DNA of 64,000 bases from Candidatus Binatia bacterium. Lineage in GTDB: Bacteria; Desulfobacterota; Binatia; Bin18. The notes under the pieces are model-generated. The model was not told the origin of the DNA and made no database searches. It saw only the letters and a list, made by a program, of their open reading frames with translations. This document shows positions 51,801 through 60,447 of this stretch, piece by piece. Both the position numbers and the translations under genes were made by a program. The first letter of the stretch is position 1; the number at the start of each line of letters is the position of its first letter. Location of the stretch: NCBI GenBank assembly GCA_963666315.2, contig CAXXHG010000046.1, positions 113,783 through 177,782 on the forward strand. Reading direction: 5' to 3'.

Positions 51801-51937
51801 AGGTGAGGGGAATCAGCATTGTAGACAGTCACCTCTGACGATAATTTCACTTCTCCCCGCATTCCAACCATCCCTCATCCGGGCTACATTTTTCTTGGAG
51901 AGAAATCCCGGGGAAATCCGAAGGAGGAGCTTGAGAT

Positions 51938-52000
51938 GTCGGATTACGCTCCGCTCATCCGACCTATGGGATTGTCATACCTGCGAAGGCAGGTATCCAG
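51938..52000. repeat. Adjacent REP units of two families
   Basis: GTCGGATTACGCTCCGCTCATCCGAC and TGTCATACCTGCGAAGGCAGGTATCCAG (copy at 55513-55540). Confidence 0.8.
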
Positions 52001-52018
52001 GTCTACGGGAGATCTCTT

Positions 52019-52465
52019 ATGAAAGTCTTTGTCACAGGCAGTACAGGTTTAGTTGGCAACAATTTAGTCCGCGCACTCGAAGCCCAAGGTTTTGACGTGG
52101 TTGGCCTGGTGCGTTCGGAGGAAAAGGGCAAACGCCTACTGGGCGATACCAACGCGACGCTGGTCAAAGGCGATATGCTGGACGTGCCAGGCTGTGCCGA
52201 CGCGCTGGACGGTTGCGAAGCCGTGTTTCACACTGCGGCCTATTTCCGCGAATACTTCCAGCTCGGCGATCATGCCCAGGCTTTGGAAGACGTCAACATC
52301 ACAGGTAGCTAAACCTAATGACCCAGGCTGACAAACGCGGCGTGCGCCGGTTTGTGCATGTCAGCTCGAGCGGTACGATCGGCATGAAACCCGACGGCTC
52401 GCCAGGCGATGAGGACACGCCGACGCAGGCCTCACAATTGGAGAATCTCTACTTCAAGAGCAAAG
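52019..52465 (+). pseudogene. NAD-dependent epimerase/SDR N-terminal remnant
   Basis: VFVTGSTGLVG, FHTAAY, FVHVSS, YFKSK; frameshift near 52310, then truncated. Confidence 0.8.
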
Positions 52466-54637
52466 TTTGTCGACGAAGCCCTGCGCTTCTTTGGCGATGA
52501 AGACCCAACTGTTGGTTCACCCTGGGATAAAGGCGAAAGGCTAGCACAGCTGGTACGCGAGTCTCGAACCTTACTCGTCCTCGATGGCCTTGAACCACTC
52601 CAACACCTGCCAACATCCGGCGATGCAGGTCGGATCAAAGATCCTGCCCTCCAGGCATTGGTCCGCGAATTGGCAGCATCGAATCCAGGCATGTGCGTTA
52701 TCAGCACGCGCCAGACTGTGGCGGACATCTCCGGTACGCTTACCATCGATCTGGAGCACCTCTCGGACAAAGCTGGCGCAGCACTCCTCAAGGCGCTGGG
52801 TGTCAAAGGTTTGCAGGAAGAATTGAAACACGCTTCTCAAGACGTGAATGGTCACGGGCTCGCGCTGACATTATTAGGCACTTATCTGAGTAAGGCGTAT
52901 GACGGTGATGTACGTCGGATTGGTGAAGTTGAACTACTCAAAGCGGATGATCGTCGAGGCGCGCACGCGCGTAAACTTATGGAGAAATACGAGCACTGGC
53001 TCGGCAATGGCTCAGAACTGTCGATCTTACGGCTCTTGGGACTGTTTGACCGCCCAGCAGAGGCTGGCTCGATTCAGGCCTTACGAACAGTACCGGCTAT
53101 CTCTGGCCTAACCGATTCTTTAGTAAATTTAAGCCAAGAGGATTGGTCCTATGCCGTTTCAAATCTTCGAGATTGCGGTCTCGTCTCTCCAACAAGTTCT
53201 GGAGATTCTGATTCACAATCGTTAGACGCCCACCCCCTGGTCCGTGAGCATTTTGCTGAGCAGCTTACCGAACGCTTTCCAGACGCAGCCAAGGAAGCAC
53301 ACCGCCGCCTGTACGAGCATCTCAAACAGTCCGCACCTGAACTCCCCGACACCCTCCAAGCCATGATGCCGTTGTACCATGCCGTGGCGCATGGGTGTAA
53401 GGCGGAGTTGTGGCAGGAGGCGTTGGACGACGTGTACCTTGAACGAATAGTTCGGCGTCAGGAGTGTTTCAGCATCAAAAAGCTCGGAGCATTCGGTACC
53501 GATTTGTCCGCAGTCTCTTGTTTCTTCGAAGAACTGTGGCAACGTCCGACTACGAACATAACTGAGGCTGACCGAGCATGAATACTGAACCAAGCAGGAT
53601 TCCACTTACGCGCTCTTGGACGACTGCAAGAAGCCACTGAACCTCTTAGGGCCAGTTTTGAAGCGACAATAGCGCAGCAGGAATGGCACCGAGGCGCCAT
53701 ATCCGCCTCCAATCTCAGCGAACTGCATCTGACGCTAGGCAACGTATCTGCCTCTGTGCGTGCCGCCGAACAGAATGTGGAGCTGGCCGACCGTAGCGGG
53801 GATGCCGCTGAGAGAACGGAAGATCGGGTGATAGTGGCTTATGCTCTGCACCAGGCTGCTCGCAACGCCGAAACCCTGGCAGCCTTTCGAAAGGCAGAGG
53901 TCTTGCAAAAAGAGAGGCAGCCAGACTACCCTCTGCTCTAGTCGGTGTGGGGCTTCTATTACTGCGATTTGCTGCTGGATGAGTCCTCAGCCCTCAGCTC
54001 TCAGAACTGAATGTAAAACCCAAAGACGTTGACACCACCCAATCCGCAATCGAGACTTGTCGCGAAGTACGAGAACGTGCTCGGGGTACGTTGAAGACTG
54101 CCGAAGATAGCGGATTATCTCTCCTCACCTTCGCCCTTGACCACCTAACGCTGGGACGGACACATCTTTTGGAGGCCCTACTTCAATCCGCAAGCCCAAA
54201 TTCGCAATGGAGCAGGCAGAACAACAGCTAAACGAGAGCGTCTCCCTCCTACGTCAGGCTGGGCAGCAAAATCACTTACCTCTTGGCCTGTTGGTCCGCG
54301 CGGCACTCCGTCGGGTGCAAGAACGGTTTACGACGGAGAATGTGATCTTGCCGAAGCCGAGTCCATCGCCAAGCGTGGCTCGATGCTGATCTTCCAGATT
54401 GATGCGGCGATTGAGCGATGTCGATTGCATTTGGCTATGGGGAAGCATGGCGCTGCGCGGGAAAGTCTTGAGCTGGCGAAGGAGTTGGTCAAGAAAACTG
54501 AGATGCCGTATGAGCCGCAAATTCCCGATTGGGACGAGTGGGAGCCGCCGAGTTATGTGGGTGTTTTCCAGGAGGGCGAGATTGTTGGCTATCATCGGCG
54601 GAATCCTGAGATTGCGGTGTTGGAGGGGAAGGCGTAG
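52465..54637 (+). pseudogene. Degraded STAND-type ATPase-TPR protein (C-terminal part)
   Basis: LLVLDGLEPLQ Walker B, GHGLALTLLG, LDAHPLVREHF; multiple stops and frameshifts. Confidence 0.75.
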
Positions 54638-54890
54638 GCATTCCGAGCCCCACCCGGTGGGTGCCCACGACGGGCTCCGACTGGCGATGAAACTTCATGT
54701 CCGGGCGGTAGGGGATGACGGACCACCGTTCGCTTCCCCCTTCGACTAGCTCAGGACAGGCTTCGACTGGCTGCTCATGAACGCAACCGTCGTCCGCAAC
54801 GGAAAGGAAACCATTTTGATTCCCCTCAACCCGTCGAAATGCTCAGGACAGGCTTAGTGCTCTCCCCAAAGGGACGAGGAAATTAAAGGC

Positions 54891-55421
54891 ATGAACACAC
54901 AGCCTCACATCCAAACCGAACGCCTTACCATACGTCCTCCAATCCTGAACGACCTCGACGACCTCCATCGTCTGTGGACTGATCCGGATGTCCGACGCTA
55001 CTTGTGGGACGATCAGATCATTCCAAAAGAACGCACAACACAAGAGCTGCATAAAACGATCGACTGCTTTGCTACACGCAGCTTTGGACTATGGGCCGTG
55101 TGTTTGAAAGGCCACACACAGCTTATTGGGATCTGTAGCTTTTTGCCTGAAGACAATCCTTGCGAAGCCGAACGCCTGTACGCCATTGCCCCGGCCTATT
55201 GGAAGCAAGGTTTGATCACCGAATCAGCCAAGGCAGTATTGTAATATGGATTTGAAAGCCTGGGCTTCTAGCGAATTATTGCCAGTGCGGATGTGCCCAA
55301 TGTCGGCTCTATTCGGGTGATGGAAAAGATTGGAATGTGTTTTGAGAAACAAGAGCCGGTCGATGGATTGGAACTGGTTTTTATTCGATTGGGCGGGAGG
55401 GCTCATGCTACAAAGCCCTAA
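54891..55421 (+). pseudogene. RimJ/RimL GNAT acetyltransferase with two in-frame stops
   Basis: IQTERLTIRP, YWKQGLITE, NVGSIRVMEKIGM; TAA 55242-55244, TAG 55269-55271. Confidence 0.85.
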
Positions 55422-55474
55422 AGGGCTCATGACAAAACTGCATGCCACGTTGTCAGTGCCTCGGCTCCTCCCCC

Positions 55475-55540
55475 CTGGATTCCCGTTTCCACGAGAATGC
55501 CTGTCCTTTTTGTGTCATACCTGCGCAAGCAGGTATCCAG
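55475..55540. repeat. Pair of GTCAT...ATCCAG type REPs
   Basis: CTGGATTCCCGTTTCCACGAGAATG and TGTCATACCTGCGCAAGCAGGTATCCAG. Confidence 0.8.
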
Positions 55541-55646
55541 GCTTACGGAACAAGACGGAGTTTTGTTAGTAGCTCTGAGCCCGCTTGTCGTGCATTCAGC
55601 CCGAGTGGTAGAGTCTAGATTCAGTTGCGCACCAGGGAATACTCAC

Positions 55647-55868
55647 ATGCTTAAGAGGGTTGAAGCGGTCATCGATAAAAATGGGAATGTTCGACTCCTT
55701 GAACCGATCCAACTTCCTACCCCTCGCCGCGCTCTGGTTACGATTCTCGAAGACGCCTCTGAGAAAGGGGAACACGAAACTGCGCTACTCAGTGAGCCTG
55801 CTTTGGCAGAGGATTGGAATCGACCTGAGGAGGATGCGGCATGGTCTCACCTTCAGCGGGAGCCGTAG
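55647..55868 (+). CDS. Small putative antitoxin, followed by a PemK/MazF N-terminal stub (55841-55880)
   Basis: ETALLSEPALAEDWNRPEEDAAWSHL; overlapping ATG encodes MVSPSAGAVVVIP and then diverges. Confidence 0.65.
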   Translation: MLKRVEAVIDKNGNVRLLEPIQLPTPRRALVTILEDASEKGEHETALLSEPALAEDWNRPEEDAAWSHLQREP

Positions 55869-55914
55869 TGGTCATTCCTTCCCTTAATCCTCATAACACA
55901 ATTGGAGATACTAC

Positions 55915-56922
55915 ATGGGTCAAAAACGCTGGTCTCTTTCTGTTCCAATGGATGAAATTAGTCTGACCGAACATATTGAAATCGTCCGTGAGGCCGAGCA
56001 GTCGGGTTATACCGATGCGTGGTCGATGGAAGTCGATGGGATTGATTGTTTCGCCCCACTGGCGGCCATTGCCCAGGCGACCAAGCTGCGGGTAGGCACA
56101 GCCATAGCCAACGTCTATACACGTGGGCCGGCAACGCTGGCCATGAGTGCCGCCGGACTGGCCGAACTCGCACCCGGCCGCTTCTGTTTGGGCATAGGCG
56201 CGGGCTCGGCACCGATTGTTGAATTCTGGAATGGCGGCAAGTTTACCCGGCCTACCACCCGCGTGCGGGAGACGCTGGCGTTTTTACGACTGGCGTTCAC
56301 GGGCGAACGGGTGACTTTTGAGGGCGAAACTTTTACGGTCAAAGGCTTTCGCCTCAGCCGCGTGCCCAAGCAATCCATTCCGATTCACGTTGGCGCCTTG
56401 CGGCCGATGATGCTGCGTATTGCCGGCAAGTATGCGGATGGCGCGATTGTGAACTGGCTCGCGGTGGACGATGTCAAAAAATCGGTCGCCGTCGTGCGTG
56501 AAGCCGCCCAAGAGGCCGGCCGCAATCCTGATGATGTTGAAATCACCGCGCGTCTGTTTATCAGCGTTGACCCTCCTGGCCCTGCCGTCGATACCGGCAT
56601 CCGGCGGCATATCAACACGTATTTAAATGTCCCGGTATACAAAGCCTTCCACGAATGGCTGGGCCGCAGTGCGTCGCTTGGTCCAATGTGGGATGCCTGG
56701 GCTAGCGGAGACCGTAAGGCTGCGGTAGCTGCCGTACCGCAAGAGGTCATGAATGATTTGATAGTCCAGGGATCACCCGACGAGATGAAAGCCCAGGTTC
56801 AGCGCTATTTAGACGCTGGCGTGGATACCGCCTTTCTTCAAATGCAGTCGTTTGAAACCGACCCCGCGAAGAAACGCGAAAACATTCTGAACGCAGTACG
56901 GAATTTAGCGCCACAATCGTAG
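55915..56922 (+). CDS. LLM-class, probably F420-dependent oxidoreductase
   Basis: GTAIANVYTRGPATLAM, GRFCLGIGAGS, GALRPMMLRIAG..ADG. Confidence 0.88.
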   Translation: MGQKRWSLSVPMDEISLTEHIEIVREAEQSGYTDAWSMEVDGIDCFAPLAAIAQATKLRVGTAIANVYTRGPATLAMSAAGLAELAPGRFCLGIGAGSAPIVEFWNGGKFTRPTTRVRETLAFLRLAFTGERVTFEGETFTVKGFRLSRVPKQSIPIHVGALRPMMLRIAGKYADGAIVNWLAVDDVKKSVAVVREAAQEAGRNPDDVEITARLFISVDPPGPAVDTGIRRHINTYLNVPVYKAFHEWLGRSASLGPMWDAWASGDRKAAVAAVPQEVMNDLIVQGSPDEMKAQVQRYLDAGVDTAFLQMQSFETDPAKKRENILNAVRNLAPQS

Positions 56923-56942
56923 GGGTGCAATATGCTGCACGC

Positions 56943-57440
56943 TTATCTGCGCTCGAACGCCGAGAGCAGAAGATAGCCGACGCCCATCCCTAGATTGGCT
57001 TTCACAAGCTGGGTGTAGCGCTGGTGGAGCCGGGCGAATTCGTCCCGAAAGATCTGCTTCGTTGTATCAAAATTATCGAAGTCTTGGATCTCAACCGTCC
57101 GCAGATATTCCAGCCGGTCACCCACCACGAGCGCATAATAGATCAGGGTGACCACCATGCTGACGACGAGCACGGTTTTCACAAAGCGCAGCATCGACCA
57201 CCACTCCGAACGCAAGAGAAAATAAATTGCAGACACCGCCATGCAAACGGCAGCAATGAATTCGAGGCTATTTAGCTTCGATAGCACGGCGGCATTCACA
57301 CTGCCGGCCAGATTGATGGTGGGAATTTCGCGAAAGACGGTTCCTGCCACAGCGAAGCCGAAGCCGACCAGAGCGCCCACCCATACGCCAGCACCGAGGT
57401 TCTCTAAAAAAAGAAAGATACTGTCAAAGAAACGTTTCAT
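56943..57440 (-). CDS. DUF4149-like membrane protein
   Basis: WVG..GFAVA..F, EFARLH, four hydrophobic segments. Confidence 0.7.
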   Translation of the reverse strand: MKRFFDSIFLFLENLGAGVWVGALVGFGFAVAGTVFREIPTINLAGSVNAAVLSKLNSLEFIAAVCMAVSAIYFLLRSEWWSMLRFVKTVLVVSMVVTLIYYALVVGDRLEYLRTVEIQDFDNFDTTKQIFRDEFARLHQRYTQLVKANLGMGVGYLLLSAFERR

Positions 57441-57626
57441 ACGTGCTCATTTCCGTTTGGCTACAATAAGAGGGTACATGGGGCATCAGTCACAACTTAA
57501 GGCTTAGTCCGGCTACTCGGTGTTCTATCCCCTCCAAGAGGGGAGGAGCTCGCTGGCGCTTCCAGTCCGTTCCTCCGCAGACAGCTCATTCCTCTTAAGT
57601 TGGGAGCAGTACACATGGGGCCGCCC

Positions 57627-59024
57627 CTACGACATTCCTAATCCGTGCCGCAAGATGCTTTCAAGAGTGGGAGAACGAAACGTATAACCACTAGCCAGCA
57701 GTTTGCGTGCTTCGACGCGCGCGCTGGACAGCAGCAGTTCATCCGCCATTTCTCCAAACGCCAAACGCGCGGCAAAAGCAGGCAGGGGAAAAATTGTTGG
57801 ACGGCCAAGGACTCTGCCCAGGGTCTGAGTGTATTCCCGATTCGTGACCGCCTGCGGGCTCACCACATTGACCGGGCCGCTGAGTGAGTCCGTGACGATG
57901 GCATGATGAATCGCACCAACAGCGTCATCCAACCCTATGCAGCTCATATACTGCTTGCCGTCGCCCGCGACGCCACCCAAGCCAAGCTTAAACGAAAGCA
58001 GCATCCTTTTGAGCGCTCCGCCTGCCGAGCTGAGCACGACACCGATCCGGAGTAGAACGGTTCGGATGCCCTTCTGGGTGGCAGGCTCGACAGCCGCCTC
58101 CCAGTCGCGACACACCTCAGCCAGAAAACCCGTTCCCAGCGCACTGTTTTCAGTCAGCACTTCATCGCCTCGGTTGCCGTAATAGCCTATGGCCGAGGCG
58201 CTCACCAGCACCTTGGGCGGCTGAGCACATTTTGCCAAAGCCTCGCTCAATAAACGCGTGCCGTTCGCCCGGCTGTCGTGAATGCGACGTTTCAGCTCGG
58301 GCGTCCAGCGACCGGACGCGATATTCTCGCCGGCCAGATGTACTACAGCGTCTAGACCTTCCAGGCCGGCTTGATCAATGCTGCCGCTATCCGGCGCCCA
58401 GAACACTTGATCTTCCTGATTCGCAGGGGGCCGGGTCCGTACCAAGCGGGCGACACTATGTCCGCCTGCGCTCAGAAAGGGCAGCAACGCAGATCCAACC
58501 AGACCACTTGCTCCACTCACAAGCACTTTCATCGACACACCTCCGGACTCACTATGCGGTCTCGCATAATGAGCCAAAACATCGCCACACGTAACCGCGT
58601 GACGATAGGTAAAGAGTCGCTCCAACTTCTTCTTCGCAAAAGCACCTGCCACCACCTGGCCCAGCTGTCCTCCGGGCAGCGCATATTCAATACGGTCTTC
58701 TAATATGCAGCTGTCCAGCCCCTGGGGTTCAATGCGGTGGGTGTGGACCCAGCGAGCGAATGGTCCTGACACCTGGACGTCCCGAAATTGGCGACCTTCT
58801 CCATAGCCGTAATGTTTGGCTATCCACTGGCACGAAAATGGGCCCAGGCGCATACGCAGGACGATGCGGGCGCCATTTTCGATTCCGCCGCTGCGTTCTA
58901 GTATTTCAACCGCCTCCCAGGGTGGCGTCAACCGCTCGAACGCCCCAGGCCGCGCGTGCCGCTGGAAGACAACCGTAGCAGGAGCGGGAATACGGACGCG
59001 ACGTGAGAAGATCTGGGTTTTCAT
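57627..59024 (-). CDS. SRPBCC + TIGR01777 (YfcH-like) oxidoreductase fusion
   Basis: HARPGAFERLTPPW, VSGASGLVG, SASAIGYYG, GEMADELLLSS. Confidence 0.92.
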   Translation of the reverse strand: MKTQIFSRRVRIPAPATVVFQRHARPGAFERLTPPWEAVEILERSGGIENGARIVLRMRLGPFSCQWIAKHYGYGEGRQFRDVQVSGPFARWVHTHRIEPQGLDSCILEDRIEYALPGGQLGQVVAGAFAKKKLERLFTYRHAVTCGDVLAHYARPHSESGGVSMKVLVSGASGLVGSALLPFLSAGGHSVARLVRTRPPANQEDQVFWAPDSGSIDQAGLEGLDAVVHLAGENIASGRWTPELKRRIHDSRANGTRLLSEALAKCAQPPKVLVSASAIGYYGNRGDEVLTENSALGTGFLAEVCRDWEAAVEPATQKGIRTVLLRIGVVLSSAGGALKRMLLSFKLGLGGVAGDGKQYMSCIGLDDAVGAIHHAIVTDSLSGPVNVVSPQAVTNREYTQTLGRVLGRPTIFPLPAFAARLAFGEMADELLLSSARVEARKLLASGYTFRSPTLESILRHGLGMS

Positions 59025-60286
59025 GAGTCTCTTTCAAAATCCGCGCCCAAGCGAGGCTGTGGTCTGATCCATTTTTCGCTATAGCCAGTCAGCTCAACAT
59101 AGCCATGCCCGTCAAGCCGTTGTCCGTGCTGGCTGCCCTGGACGCGCACCGCACCTTCCCAATAGCGAATCAGGGTATGCATTTCTTGGTTTGGCATATG
59201 GGGTGTAATGGTTAGGTCAATATCTTGGCTCGGAATACGCAGGCGCCACTTGGCAGGATATACGACTCCGGCAGACGAACTTCGCCCGGCACGCGGACTT
59301 CGCCAGGTTTCAAGCACCTCGATCTGAACCATGTCGGAAGAAAGCGGCTGCGTTGTTCCGTCAGGCTCGATCAAAGTCCCGCGACTAAACGCGTCCATAA
59401 CACCCTGGCCATCCTGATCACCTTGCCCGCTCGGCGCTTGGCGCAGCTGGTAGAACATCAACTCTTGTCCTGTCGAGAACTGGAGAGCAAACCAATCCCA
59501 GCCAACCAGCGTGTCGTGTAACACACTCGTGCTCCACTCCCGATCCATCCAGCTCAGCCCCTGGACCTGGAACTCTTCGCCCCCGACCCGAATCACACCA
59601 GACGTTTGCAGCCGCGTCAGAGAATAATAATAGGAAGCGTTGCCCTCACCCCCACCCTTTTGACTCAGTCCATTATCTCCCTGCAGCACAACGGGTTTGT
59701 CCGAGGTCAGCGTGAGATCAAGCCAGACGTCGTCTTGCCCGGCGCGTAAGCGCATCGGCAAGGCAGTAGCGGTTTGGCCTTCGACCGACCAGTCTTCGAG
59801 CCAAACGCGAAACGGCGTTGCGGAGGCACCCGCCAGTGCTAGCGCCGCTCGACTCAAGCGCTGAAAGACGTGGAACTGCTGGGGTGCAACATCGCTTAGC
59901 GCAAAATGGGCCATATACACCTGGCGCGTGCTCCAGGCTGAAGCGCGTACGACTTCTTTGGGACTTAACGCCGTGCGGAAAAACGTCAACTGAAAACCAA
60001 AATGGCGTCCCGCCTGAGTCTCAAGATTGCCGGTATAATACCACCATTCAGTCCGGTACGCGGGATGTTGGCCGTGATCGTCCGGAAAGGTAAACACCCG
60101 GGGTCGGTCAGCGCGCGCAAATCCGGTGGTACCGCCGCCCAGGGCTTGGGCCAACGACATGGAGGGCTGTGCCAGAAATTTCTCCTCGGATGAGCTGAAG
60201 AGGGTGACGCTTGCACTAACGGCTAGAAGGGTGACCAAGCTGAGACTCAGGAAAATATGCAGCCTGCGTTTTGGGCTTATTGTCAT
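59021..60286 (-). CDS. AttH/CrtC-like lipocalin-domain protein
   Basis: FPDDHG.HP.YRTEWWYYTGNL, SWMDREWS, YWEGAV, GYVELTGY. Confidence 0.9.
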   Translation of the reverse strand: MTISPKRRLHIFLSLSLVTLLAVSASVTLFSSSEEKFLAQPSMSLAQALGGGTTGFARADRPRVFTFPDDHGQHPAYRTEWWYYTGNLETQAGRHFGFQLTFFRTALSPKEVVRASAWSTRQVYMAHFALSDVAPQQFHVFQRLSRAALALAGASATPFRVWLEDWSVEGQTATALPMRLRAGQDDVWLDLTLTSDKPVVLQGDNGLSQKGGGEGNASYYYSLTRLQTSGVIRVGGEEFQVQGLSWMDREWSTSVLHDTLVGWDWFALQFSTGQELMFYQLRQAPSGQGDQDGQGVMDAFSRGTLIEPDGTTQPLSSDMVQIEVLETWRSPRAGRSSSAGVVYPAKWRLRIPSQDIDLTITPHMPNQEMHTLIRYWEGAVRVQGSQHGQRLDGHGYVELTGYSEKWIRPQPRLGADFERDS

Positions 60287-60362
60287 TCGGAGCGATTATA
60301 CTGTTTCTCCTGAACGAGTGTATATTACCCGGCTTGTCGATCCCGTAGATCCCGCCGACCCC

Positions 60363-60445
60363 GTAGGTTGGATTAGCGCAGCGTAATCCAACACAGCACG
60401 GCTGCGCACGCCCAGCGCAGCGTAATCCGACACCGCACGGCTGCG
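60363..60445 (+). repeat. GTAG REP with a partial tandem duplication
   Basis: AGCGCAGCGTAATCC(A/G)ACAC(A/C)GCACGGCTGCG at 60375 and 60414. Confidence 0.8.
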
Positions 60446-60447
60446 AG

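Noticed and set aside
37536-53581. Selenocysteine at other in-frame TGAs (37536, 43331, 53579)
   Set aside because: These are not at Cys or redox positions (expected Trp or Arg), and the genes carry further lesions.
2857-55271. Genome-wide stop-codon reassignment (TAG or TGA as sense)
   Set aside because: All three stops end intact genes here, in-frame TAA also occurs, and the interrupted positions correspond to different expected residues, often in genes with additional frameshifts.
9131-60445. CRISPR array from the dispersed 28-32 bp repeats
   Set aside because: Copies are scattered in both orientations without regular spacers, and no cas genes are present.
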